Source of the DNA: an uncultured Pirellulales bacterium
GTDB taxonomy: Bacteria; Planctomycetota; Phycisphaerae; Sedimentisphaerales; Anaerobacaceae
Length of the DNA: 57,224 nt
Assembly: GCA_964492365.1 (NCBI GenBank)
Contig: CAZBKA010000002.1
Coordinates: 1,208 to 58,431 of the forward strand
Direction: 5' to 3'
Made by a program: the position numbers and the translations under genes. Position 1 is the stretch's first letter. Every line of letters begins with the position of its first letter. This document shows positions 37,108 to 46,372 of the stretch, in pieces. The notes beneath the pieces are model-generated. The model searched no databases, was not told the DNA's origin, and worked only from the letters and a program-made list of their open reading frames with translations.

Positions 37108-38109
37108 TTATTCAGCGTTTTCTTTTATGTATGCTATCAGCTCATCAACCTGTGCAAATGCGAGGCCTGTCACTGTATCTGCAGCACCATAGTAAATAGC
37201 GATTTTTCCGCTCGGTGCATCTGTCAAAGCTGCACATGGGAAACAAACATTCGGAGTATCACCAACACATTCATAGTCTTTTTGTGGTGACAGCAGATAA
37301 GGTCTGCAACGATATTTAACTTTCCATGGCTCATCAATATCAAGGATGGCACCACCCATGCTGTATACAAAACCATTACAGCTTGTCAGTACACCGTGAT
37401 AGATCAGCAGCCAGCCTTCAGTAGTTTCAATCGGGGTTGGACCTGGACCGACTTTTGTACATTCCCAGCTCATAACACCGGTACGTCTTGAGGCAAATAC
37501 GAATCTGTGCTTGCCCCAATAAGTCATATCTTTGCTGCGACTCAGGAAGATATCACCAAAAGGTGTATGACCAGTATCGGAAGGTCTTGAAAGCATTACG
37601 TATTCGCCGTTAATTTTTCTCGGGAACAACACACCATTTCTGTTATATGGCAAAAATGCATTTTCCATCTGGTGAAAAGTTTTGAAGTCCTTTGTATAAC
37701 CAACACCTATCGTGTAACCATGATAGTTATTGCACCAGATCACATAATATTTATCATCAACCTTGCAAACTCTGGGGTCATAACGCTCAATCATATTAGC
37801 TATTTCTGGATCATCACATTCGAAATGTATAGGCTCATTATCAATTTCGAAATTGTAACCATCTTTGCTGCGACCAGCATAAAGATTCATATGCCTACTT
37901 CTGTTATCAACACGAAATACGCCGGCAAATTGTCCCTTGAAAGGAACTACAGCACTGTTAAATATCGCATTTGAGCATGGAGTAAGATTCCTTGGAATAA
38001 CCGGGTTGGCATCGTATCGCCAAATAACATCATGTTTGCAATCAGCTGGCTTATCCTGCCAGGGAATATTAGGCAAAGCCTCTCCAATAATCGTTTGTTT
38101 TTTCGCCAT
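37108..38109 (-). CDS. GH130 family glycoside phosphorylase (beta-mannoside phosphorylase-like)
   Basis: About 330 aa five-bladed propeller pattern: PW...DANPVIPR...FNSAVVPF...YDPRVCKVDDKYY...NGVLFPRKINGEYVMLSRP...GAAD. Confidence 0.7.
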   Translation of the reverse strand: MAKKQTIIGEALPNIPWQDKPADCKHDVIWRYDANPVIPRNLTPCSNAIFNSAVVPFKGQFAGVFRVDNRSRHMNLYAGRSKDGYNFEIDNEPIHFECDDPEIANMIERYDPRVCKVDDKYYVIWCNNYHGYTIGVGYTKDFKTFHQMENAFLPYNRNGVLFPRKINGEYVMLSRPSDTGHTPFGDIFLSRSKDMTYWGKHRFVFASRRTGVMSWECTKVGPGPTPIETTEGWLLIYHGVLTSCNGFVYSMGGAILDIDEPWKVKYRCRPYLLSPQKDYECVGDTPNVCFPCAALTDAPSGKIAIYYGAADTVTGLAFAQVDELIAYIKENAE

Positions 38110-38201
38110 ACATCTTTCCTTTTTTTAATTAATACTGTCACTGTCTTTTAAATTACTAAAATAAATTTCAACTGATAAAAAGTTACGCCTTGAATTGCTT
38201 C

Positions 38202-38840
38202 TTAACGCATAATCCAGTTTTGTTCTTTAAATTTTAAAATCGCATCTGATCGAAATATCGGATCACCGCCAATTTTGTAATCAAGCCCGAGTGTTTTTCT
38301 CAGAAAAATTTTCTTACTGTTGCCATTTTCATCTTTAGCCGTGGGATGATCCAAAGCAATTGTCTCATTGCTGAGACCGGCAATAAAGAAACTTACATTC
38401 TTAGCGTTCGGATCAAAATCAGACCAGATAATCGCAATATCTTTTACATTGTCCGGCCCCTGAAGTACCTTGCTGCTTGTCTTATCAACAGATTCAAGAA
38501 ATGGATACTGCTTCTGATGCCGCAACTTAATCTGGTCAAAAACCGAAAGCGGAACATTTACACTTGCTGGTACAATCTGAAATGTATCAGTTACAAGCTC
38601 ACATTCGGGATAAAAATCAACATCATCACTGGTTTGATTGAGTATTGTCATAATAATGTACCAGAATCTTACCGGATGCTTTTGCCCTTCAAAACTAACT
38701 TGTATCTGCTGTGGGTGTTCATATTTGACTTCTAATGTCCAGTCCTGAGCCGACTGCACAACCGCCGGCGAAGGTGCCGCGATACAAAAACCTGCACTAA
38801 CAACCAATATAACTAAAAAAAGATAACTATATTTCTTCAT
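38202..38840 (-). CDS. Secreted hypothetical protein (212 aa)
   Basis: Signal peptide MKKYSYLFLVILVVSAGFCIAAP. No recognisable domain. Lies 92 nt upstream of, and is co-oriented with, the GH130 gene. Confidence 0.5.
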   Translation of the reverse strand: MKKYSYLFLVILVVSAGFCIAAPSPAVVQSAQDWTLEVKYEHPQQIQVSFEGQKHPVRFWYIIMTILNQTSDDVDFYPECELVTDTFQIVPASVNVPLSVFDQIKLRHQKQYPFLESVDKTSSKVLQGPDNVKDIAIIWSDFDPNAKNVSFFIAGLSNETIALDHPTAKDENGNSKKIFLRKTLGLDYKIGGDPIFRSDAILKFKEQNWIMR

Positions 38841-39497
38841 TGTGTATGCCTTAACAGAAAACTACTTTAAAGCCCATTTAAAACCCTTAAATATTCATCC
38901 GAAGCATGATTTTACAATAAAATAAGATAATATCCAAGTACATTTTCTGACTTTTTAGCTTCAATTTGAAAGCTACTGAAACATCGGTCGCGAATTATAA
39001 AGGCTTTTACCCATATCCATATACTATTGTGTTCAATATTATAGCAAGACAAGCGATTATTGCTGAAAAAACGATTATTTAACGATCAAAATTTTAGTTA
39101 GCTTAATTCAGTCTATATGCCACTTTAACAGCCGCGTTAACCAAGATTACTACTATTTTAGGCGAAGTTGAATGCAGCATCCTTCGACGTCTGATGGGCA
39201 AGCTGTCGACATTTCTGGATAGTCCCAGCACCTGGAGCCTCGATGTTTTCAGTTATAATGACAACAGGCAGTTTCTGCCATTTTTATTCAGAAAAATAGG
39301 CATATATCCAGCTATTAGTTCCGGTCTATTTAGTTACCACCGCTAACGACTTGATCAGCGCAACTATTTGTACGCTTCTTGGATTTTTGATCACAAAATA
39401 AAATAATTATCGGACAAAAAACGCTGAAAATACGCAAACTAACGTCTAATCCTCATTTTTAAGCTTAAAACAATCACTTATTGTTGAAGTACACCTG

Positions 39498-39525
39498 TTG
39501 ACAAACCAATGCAAAGCCTTATAAT
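39498..39525 (+). promoter_or_regulatory. Putative sigma70 promoter of the pilT module
   Basis: TTGACA (39498-39503), 16 nt spacer, TATAAT (39520-39525). Confidence 0.55.
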
Positions 39526-39551
39526 GAGACAGTTTAGGGGTAATAATAATT

Positions 39552-39593
39552 TGTTTGTTATTAATTGCCTGCTTTAACAAACAGTATTTTTTA
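39552..39593 (+). promoter_or_regulatory. Leader hairpin followed by a U-tract (possible attenuator) in the pilT 5' UTR
   Basis: TGTTTGTTA (39552-39560) pairs with TAACAAACA (39575-39583), 9 bp. The loop is 14 nt and is followed by GTATTTTTTA. Confidence 0.3.
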
Positions 39594-39640
39594 TAACTAT
39601 TTGTTACTTAGGGCGTTAATGTTCTAAAGGAGTTTTTTTT

Positions 39641-40774
39641 GTGACTGAAGGACAGCCAATAGGTCGTCATGTAATACTTGATCATGACCCTGAAATTAAT
39701 AAACTTTTCAGAGCTGCAATAAAGGTCGGCGCAAGTGACCTTCATCTTAAAGTAAACATGGTTCCCAAATTAAGAATACATGGTTCTTTAAAAAGTACTA
39801 CCGGTGAAAAATTAACCGAGGAAGATTCTGAAAAGCTGATATTTGAAATTCTAACCGAAAATCAGAAACAATTCTTCCTCGAACATGGGGCTCTCGACTT
39901 TGCACATCAGGTCAGCACTACTGATAGATTCCGTGTTAATATCTTCCGTCAGCGCGGTTTTATAAGTCTGGCTGCAAGGCATATTACAAGCAATATCCCT
40001 GCATTTGAAACCCTGCATATGCCATCCATTGTTGAAAAAATAGCAGAAAACCACTCCGGACTGGTACTTGTTACAGGGCCAACAGGTTCAGGTAAAAGCA
40101 CAACGATTGCTTCTATGATCGACCACATTAATGCTACCAGACCTTGTCATATCGTTACTATCGAAGACCCATTGGAGTTTTTGCATAACGATAAAAAAGC
40201 CATCGTTTCACAAAGAGAAATAGGAATAGATGTTCAAGATTTCGAACTTGCATTGAAATCTCTTATGCGTCAGGACCCCGATGTTGTTCTCGTCGGTGAG
40301 ATCAGGGACAATGAAACATTGACTGCTGCGATGAGGGCCGCCGAAACGGGGCATATGGTATTCGGAACCCTGCACTCTGTTAGTGCAGCCCAGACTATCC
40401 AGAGAATCCTCGATCTGTTTCCACAGGAAGAACGAGATCTGGCACGACAGACCTTTGCCCTGACTATCAGGGCCGTTATCAGTCAGCAGCTTTTGCCAGG
40501 TATCAAACCCGAAGCTACAAGAATACCAGCTATTGAAATACTGATAGCTAACCCCATCGTAAGGAAACTCATCTCTGAAGGAAGAGAAGCAGATATCCCT
40601 TCTGTCATAAAATCATGTCAGAATGAAGGTATGCAGGATTTCACCGAGTCGCTTCGAGTACTTATCACGGAAGAGTGGATAGACCTGAAAGTGGGGCTGA
40701 ATTACGCAACGAATGTTGAAGAATTGAAAATGGCATTAAAAGGGATTAGAAGTTCTACGAGCGGTATTCTGTAA
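39641..40774 (+). CDS. pilT: Type IV pilus retraction ATPase PilT/PilU family
   Basis: ASDLHLKV...LRIHG, Walker A TGPTGSGKSTT, TIEDPLEF, DPDVVLVGEIRD, GHMVFGTLHS. No Cys cluster. GTG start with AAGGAG upstream. Confidence 0.8.
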   Translation: MTEGQPIGRHVILDHDPEINKLFRAAIKVGASDLHLKVNMVPKLRIHGSLKSTTGEKLTEEDSEKLIFEILTENQKQFFLEHGALDFAHQVSTTDRFRVNIFRQRGFISLAARHITSNIPAFETLHMPSIVEKIAENHSGLVLVTGPTGSGKSTTIASMIDHINATRPCHIVTIEDPLEFLHNDKKAIVSQREIGIDVQDFELALKSLMRQDPDVVLVGEIRDNETLTAAMRAAETGHMVFGTLHSVSAAQTIQRILDLFPQEERDLARQTFALTIRAVISQQLLPGIKPEATRIPAIEILIANPIVRKLISEGREADIPSVIKSCQNEGMQDFTESLRVLITEEWIDLKVGLNYATNVEELKMALKGIRSSTSGIL

Positions 40775-40798
40775 ATTAAATTTCAAATGGAGCATTTC

Positions 40799-42469
40799 AT
40801 GCCTGATTTATTACTGACTTCTGTTGTTTTTGGGAGCTATATATCAATAGTAAAGCTTATCGTTTTCATGGCTTTGTTCTTTGGTTGGATGTGGCTAATA
40901 ACATGGGTGTATGAGGACGCGATAAACGTTGAAGCGAAGGAAATCTTCTGGAGTTCCCTGGCCTTTGGCATCGGTGCCGGTGCCGCTTTGCTATGGATGA
41001 TGATCCCTGCATTTGCTATAGGTTCAATTCTCTATGTACTTGCAGTGGGCGTTACTTCAATTGTTTATATACTACACCGCAACTCAAAGGTAATGCCATC
41101 GGACAGAATATTTACACCTGAACATATACGCAGCCTTTTGACCAAAAAGGATAAAAATGCGAAAGTTCAGATAAAAGGCTTCACTTTCTACACCACGAAT
41201 AAAAATGAAGTTCCAAGACCTGACACAAAAAGTAAGGACTTTCATGGATTCAAAGCTGCTTACGACATTATAAACGACGCATTAGAAAAAAGAACCAGCA
41301 CTATTATTTTCATTCCCACATCACAGAATTATTCAGTTACATACAATATCGACGGTGTAAATTTAAAACAGCCGGAGATGGACAATGAACTCGCACACCA
41401 CCTAGTCCGTTTTCTAAAACAATTGGCGGATCTCAACCTCGAAGAAAAACGGAAGCCGCAAAGCGGAAGGTTCAGAATTAAAAAAGACAATAAAGTTACT
41501 GACTGGGAAATTAACTGTGCAGGATCAACAGCAGGCGAACAGCTCCAGCTCAGGCTTATGACACAGGAAGTTGAAGAAAGAATATTAGACCTTGGTTTGA
41601 CAACACACCAGTTAGAGTCTCTTGAGCAGTTAAAAAAGCTTAAACATGGAATTGTTTTGGTAACAGGACCAAAACAAAGCGGCGTTACTACGACATTCTA
41701 CGCATTGCTAAGGAATCACGATGCGTTCTTAAATAGCATAAATACCCTCGAAAGAAAAACAACCTCTGTGTTGCCAAATATAACACAGGAAACATTCGAA
41801 CTAACCGATTCGGGAACTTCAACATTTGCTAAACGTCTGAGAACCATTTATAGAATGGGACCTAACATCGTAGGTGTTGAAGGATGTCATGATAGTGATA
41901 CTGCAAAAGAAATATGCAATGCCGCTCAGAATGACATTCTCAGTTATGTAGTCATTGAAGCCGACAGCGTAATAAAAGCTCTGTCCAAATGGATCAAACT
42001 GGTCGGGGATAGAAAATTAGCAACCGAAACTTTGTCAGGAATTTGCAACCAGAGGCTGTTAAGAAAACTCTGTGATGAATGTAAGCAGGGATATACACCA
42101 AATAAGGAACTGCTTAGAAAATTCAACCTGCCTGCAGACAAAGCCAAGGTCATGTACCGCGAAGGAAAAGTAGTATATGACAAACACGGTAAACCTTCAG
42201 AGTGCCCGCAATGTCACGGCATCGGTTTCATCGGAAGAACGGGCATATTTGAAGTAATATTATTGAATGATGAATTAAAACGGGCAATGTTAAATGCAAA
42301 GTCGATGCAGGACATTGATGCTATATTCAGAGGAGATAAAATGCTTTACCTCCAAGAACAGGGTCTTTGCAAAGTCATTACCGGAGTAACATCCGTCAAT
42401 GAAATGATAAGAGCATTGTCTTCTTCAGTGTCAAAAACTGCTGAAAAACCAGTTAATAAAAAAGAATAG
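40799..42469 (+). CDS. Membrane-anchored GspE-like protein with degenerate ATPase motifs (module B)
   Basis: Three N-terminal TM helices. N2E-like block (KRKPQSGRF). The P-loop reads TGPKQSGVTTT, with no Lys. The Asp box, Walker B and His box are all degenerate. The tetra-Cys CDEC...CPQCHGIGF is retained. The ATG at 40799 lies 6 nt after GGAG. The track start is 40787. Confidence 0.7.
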   Translation: MPDLLLTSVVFGSYISIVKLIVFMALFFGWMWLITWVYEDAINVEAKEIFWSSLAFGIGAGAALLWMMIPAFAIGSILYVLAVGVTSIVYILHRNSKVMPSDRIFTPEHIRSLLTKKDKNAKVQIKGFTFYTTNKNEVPRPDTKSKDFHGFKAAYDIINDALEKRTSTIIFIPTSQNYSVTYNIDGVNLKQPEMDNELAHHLVRFLKQLADLNLEEKRKPQSGRFRIKKDNKVTDWEINCAGSTAGEQLQLRLMTQEVEERILDLGLTTHQLESLEQLKKLKHGIVLVTGPKQSGVTTTFYALLRNHDAFLNSINTLERKTTSVLPNITQETFELTDSGTSTFAKRLRTIYRMGPNIVGVEGCHDSDTAKEICNAAQNDILSYVVIEADSVIKALSKWIKLVGDRKLATETLSGICNQRLLRKLCDECKQGYTPNKELLRKFNLPADKAKVMYREGKVVYDKHGKPSECPQCHGIGFIGRTGIFEVILLNDELKRAMLNAKSMQDIDAIFRGDKMLYLQEQGLCKVITGVTSVNEMIRALSSSVSKTAEKPVNKKE

Positions 42470-42524
42470 ATAATCGCGTTTAATAACGGATTTTCTTTAT
42501 AGAGCTAAATTTGGAGAAAAATTG

Positions 42525-43685
42525 ATGGCCGCTTTAGTAATACTTTTGATAGTCGCAGGCTGTGTTGCATACGAGTTTTTCAAAGGAACATGCGTAAAAG
42601 CTTTTGCTAATCTAATTGCCGCTGTATGCTCGGTCGCTGTTGCTTTTGGATTTTTTGAAGTACTTGGAAACGTTATCATTGCTCGTCTTGATATCAGGGA
42701 TAATGCCGCTATCATTCCATGGGTAATGCCTTCATGTTTTTTGATCGTTGCTCTTTTGGTTTTTACGATATTTTCAACGATAACCACCCAGATAATGAAA
42801 AAACCAGTTGACTTCGGTGATCTGCCTGAAAAAATCGGAAAATGCAGCTTCGGGCTGATAACAGGTCTTGTCACCGCTGGAGCTGTACTGGCAGTAACTG
42901 CTATGATGCCGTTGCCTTCTCAATATCCTTATCAACGTTTTGATGAAAATAATTTAGATGTTAAAAACCCTTCTAAAGTTCTGCTGAACATCGACGGCTT
43001 CACAACAGGATGGGCTAACATGATGAGTAAAGGAAGTTTCAGCTCGGGCAAAAGTCTTGCTTTTATGCATGCTGATTTCCTCGACACAGCTTTCCTCTCA
43101 AGAAACACCGATAAAGAAATATTTAATTTTACTTCAACAAGCGTGCTTGAAATACCAAATAAAAAAGCCGTCTGGCCAGGTGCGGTTGGTTTAAAAGATA
43201 CTGAAGAAAATGAACTTACTGCCAAAACCGGAAACCTTTTCGTAATAGTAAGGATGGGACTTAAAAATTCTTCCTTAACAGAAACAAAAAAATTCACCCC
43301 ATCACAAGTCAGACTAATCTGCAAAAGCGATCTTGACACATCACTGGCGCCCAAGGGACAGGGACAGACATTCTTCCCGGTCGGATATATGGAAAGCAAT
43401 CAACAGGTAAAAGTTGTTAAAATCCACGATGCAATATTAATCGATGTCACAAAAATTATAGGCAAAACCAAGTGGATAGATTTTCTCTTTGAAATACCCA
43501 TGGATTACAGACCTGAAATGATTCAGTTCAAACAAAACAATGCCGCCCTGCTGCCTGCTATGACTACCGCTGAACAGGCACCTGAGGTAATCAGCTTCAG
43601 CGATCCAAAGCCACTTGTTGAAGAAGTTGAAGAAAACGCTGATAACACAGAAAATACTGACGACAATGCAGAAACCAATAAGTAA
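42525..43685 (+). CDS. CvpA-like 4-TM membrane protein with a roughly 230 aa C-terminal soluble domain and an acidic tail (module B)
   Basis: The N-terminus LVILLIVAGCVAYEFFKGTCVKAFANLIAAV resembles CvpA. Four TM segments. The ATG at 42525 lies 7 nt after GGAGA. Confidence 0.45.
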   Translation: MAALVILLIVAGCVAYEFFKGTCVKAFANLIAAVCSVAVAFGFFEVLGNVIIARLDIRDNAAIIPWVMPSCFLIVALLVFTIFSTITTQIMKKPVDFGDLPEKIGKCSFGLITGLVTAGAVLAVTAMMPLPSQYPYQRFDENNLDVKNPSKVLLNIDGFTTGWANMMSKGSFSSGKSLAFMHADFLDTAFLSRNTDKEIFNFTSTSVLEIPNKKAVWPGAVGLKDTEENELTAKTGNLFVIVRMGLKNSSLTETKKFTPSQVRLICKSDLDTSLAPKGQGQTFFPVGYMESNQQVKVVKIHDAILIDVTKIIGKTKWIDFLFEIPMDYRPEMIQFKQNNAALLPAMTTAEQAPEVISFSDPKPLVEEVEENADNTENTDDNAETNK

Positions 43686-43773
43686 TCAGGATGCTCTTGT
43701 AGAATAGTATTGTCGCCTTTGTAACAACATTTATTGCAATAGATGATTTTAAAAACCTACCACTATTTGCAGG

Positions 43774-44262
43774 TTAGCTTTTACACTTAAAAACAAAGAT
43801 ACAAATGTCATCCTTTTTGCATTGCTGTTTTTTCAACTTGAAGCTTATCCCATCACCGAATTCCTTTGCCCAGGTTCCATATTCTGCAACCCCAACCTTG
43901 TCACATATAGTCACTCCAAGTTCTGCTTTGCCGCTATTACGCAATATCTCAAACCATGGACATTTATTTATCTTTATAGTAAAACCCCCGCCGTCGCTGT
44001 CTTTCTCTGCTTCAAAAATAAAACCGTCAATGCTCAGCTTCTCAGTAAAACCATCAAAAAGCCCGTCCAAACCGTCAGACAATCCGGCCAACTCTTTCAT
44101 CTTACGAGCCTGTATCTTCGCCAGAACCTTCCAAACCTCTGCATCAATTTCCAATGCCTTATCAAACCCGAACTGTTCCTGAACCTTAACGAACCACAAC
44201 CCGTCAACAGCGGTATAGCACCTGTGAAGATACTCCGCTTTTTGTGTTTTATCCAATAACAT
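43774..44262 (-). CDS. Small Cys-containing protein, possibly ATC-hydrolase/DUF6125-like
   Basis: DGLWF...CPWFEIL...ELGVTICDKV pattern. The assignment is weak. Confidence 0.35.
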   Translation of the reverse strand: MLLDKTQKAEYLHRCYTAVDGLWFVKVQEQFGFDKALEIDAEVWKVLAKIQARKMKELAGLSDGLDGLFDGFTEKLSIDGFIFEAEKDSDGGGFTIKINKCPWFEILRNSGKAELGVTICDKVGVAEYGTWAKEFGDGISFKLKKQQCKKDDICIFVFKCKS

Positions 44263-44349
44263 GTTTCACCTCCACCAAGCTTGTATCAGAAACGCCTTGA
44301 AGAATGTCAAAAAAAACGCAAATGATAATAATGATATTATAAACTAAAA

Positions 44350-45309
44350 TCAGCTAGAAACTTCGGGACAACACATTATGTAGTCCATCACATTGCTCAT
44401 CTTCGCAGTCGCAACGGCTATCGTACAATCAGCGGCACCATAATAAAGATTCAACTGGTCGGTCTCCTTGCTGATAGTAACACCCGTCGGAAAAACAACC
44501 CCACCAACATCACCAACCTGCTCATAAAACTCACGAGGTCCAAGTATCCATTCGTCGCTTCGCCTTAAAACTTTCCAAGGCTCATTAAGGTCTAGAAGCA
44601 CCAAACCAAGACGGTACAAGGCGCCGGCTGTGGTATTACGAACACCATGATAAAACATAAGCCAGCCTTCAGATGTTTCAACCGGCTGACAAGCCAGGCC
44701 CACCCTGTGGCAATCCCAGTATGCATGTCGCGACGGAATAAGCACCGCATGGTCGCCCCAGTGTTTCAAGTCAGGGGAAAAACTAATCCAGATATGAGCC
44801 TCCCCACTAACGATTGGCCGATGGATCAAAGCAAACCTGCCTCTGAACCTGCGAGGGAAAAGACAAGCATCCTTATCCTCAGGAGGAAGCAAAACACCAA
44901 GACGCGCAAACGTCTTAAAATTTTTCGTTATAGCAAGAGAAACTACAGGTCCGCCTTCACTAAAGGATGTATAAGTAATTGCGTACTGCTTTTGCTCTTC
45001 AAGCCAGATAATCCTCGGATCCTCTAGCCCCCACCGCTCTTCCCTGCTGCTGTGGTCAGCTTTCATCGTAGGCTCTGAATCTATCTGCCAGTTTGTAAAT
45101 CCGTCGGCACTTCTGGCAACGGTTAGATGAGAAAACCCCCTCATATCCTCAACCCGGGCAAGGATAAGCGTCTCATTATTGATTTTTATTGCACCAGGAT
45201 TCATCACCGCATTAACCGGGTAAGGCCAATCTTTAGGTGTCAGAATCGGATTTCCCTCATATTTTGTAAAAAGCTCATAAGCCTTCTTCTGCAGTTCAAT
45301 ATTAGGCAT
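44350..45309 (-). CDS. GH130 family glycosidase/phosphorylase (second, divergent paralog)
   Basis: YEGNPILTP...NPGAI...LEDPRIIWLEE...DACLFPRRFRGRFALIHRP...YYGAAD. Confidence 0.7.
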   Translation of the reverse strand: MPNIELQKKAYELFTKYEGNPILTPKDWPYPVNAVMNPGAIKINNETLILARVEDMRGFSHLTVARSADGFTNWQIDSEPTMKADHSSREERWGLEDPRIIWLEEQKQYAITYTSFSEGGPVVSLAITKNFKTFARLGVLLPPEDKDACLFPRRFRGRFALIHRPIVSGEAHIWISFSPDLKHWGDHAVLIPSRHAYWDCHRVGLACQPVETSEGWLMFYHGVRNTTAGALYRLGLVLLDLNEPWKVLRRSDEWILGPREFYEQVGDVGGVVFPTGVTISKETDQLNLYYGAADCTIAVATAKMSNVMDYIMCCPEVSS

Positions 45310-45721
45310 AGCATTATTCCCGAGTTCACCATTAACCGAAATTTTCTGCTTTATTCATTTATAATCGTCCACAAGCAACTTTCCTCATAAACCAATGTAT
45401 AACTTAAAACACAAATTTCAATAAAATTAATCTTTTCAAAAAATCATCCACTTGCCAATTCCTCAATTAATCAACAAAAACGCCAATGGAATCGCCTTGA
45501 TTTTTAGACTGATATTTTTAACTTTGTTTCATCAGGAATAGATTATCGTGCTAAATTTCATAAAAACAATGTGTATAAATTTACAAGCTAACCTTTTCTG
45601 CAAATTGCTGAATGCAAACCGACCCACCTTGAAACAATGCTTATTGACTATTTTCACTGCATCTGTTATTTTTACAGCTATTATGTTTAATATTTCCTGT
45701 CGATGCAAAGGTACAGAAGCT

Positions 45722-46354
45722 ATGCAAATAAAAACCCTGATTCTGGGATTGTATGAAAATAACAGCTATATTCTTCGTGAAAACCAAACCTCAAAAGACT
45801 GTATTATCATAGACACCGCTCTAAATGCCACAGGAATTCTTGATTATCTGAAAGATAATGAGTTAAACCCGGTTGCGATAGTTTTAACTCATGGACACAT
45901 AGACCATATCTTCGGACTCAGGTCTCTGAGAGAAAGTTATCCCAAAATAGAAGTGTACATTCACAAACTTGACGCTCACATGCTTACCGATGGCCAAGCT
46001 AATTTGTCATCGCTTTCCGGAACTCTTTTTAAAACACAAGCTGCAGAACATATCTTCGACGAACCAGACATCCTGAAATTGGCAGGCATAGAATTACAGG
46101 TATTCCACACTCCGGGTCACACACCAGGCGGTGTATGTTTCTATAATAAACAAGCAAACGTACTGTTCAGCGGAGATACTTTATTCGCTGATTGCGTAGG
46201 CAGAACAGATTTTCCCAATGGTTCAATGCAGCAACTCATCGAAAACATACAGAAAAAACTTATGACTTTGCCGGATGAAACCGACGTCCTCCCTGGTCAC
46301 GGTCCCAAAACCACTATCGGTCAGGAAAAAAAACACAATCAGTATTTGCAGTAA
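45722..46354 (+). CDS. MBL-fold metallo-hydrolase (GloB-like)
   Basis: THGHIDH motif, HTPGHTPG, GDTLF. The ATG at 45722 gives the typical roughly 210 aa protein. The 58 aa upstream extension in the track has no support. Confidence 0.75.
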   Translation: MQIKTLILGLYENNSYILRENQTSKDCIIIDTALNATGILDYLKDNELNPVAIVLTHGHIDHIFGLRSLRESYPKIEVYIHKLDAHMLTDGQANLSSLSGTLFKTQAAEHIFDEPDILKLAGIELQVFHTPGHTPGGVCFYNKQANVLFSGDTLFADCVGRTDFPNGSMQQLIENIQKKLMTLPDETDVLPGHGPKTTIGQEKKHNQYLQ

Positions 46355-46372
46355 TTAACAACGACAAACATA

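Noticed and set aside
37001-37192. 63 aa ORF spanning the module A / GH130 terminator
   Set aside because: It runs through a perfect bidirectional terminator hairpin and into the 3' end of the GH130 gene on the other strand.
45548-45721. 58 aa N-terminal extension of the MBL hydrolase ORF
   Set aside because: The extension is Cys/Phe/Asn-rich, non-conserved-looking sequence. The ATG at 45722 gives a standard roughly 210 aa GloB-like protein.
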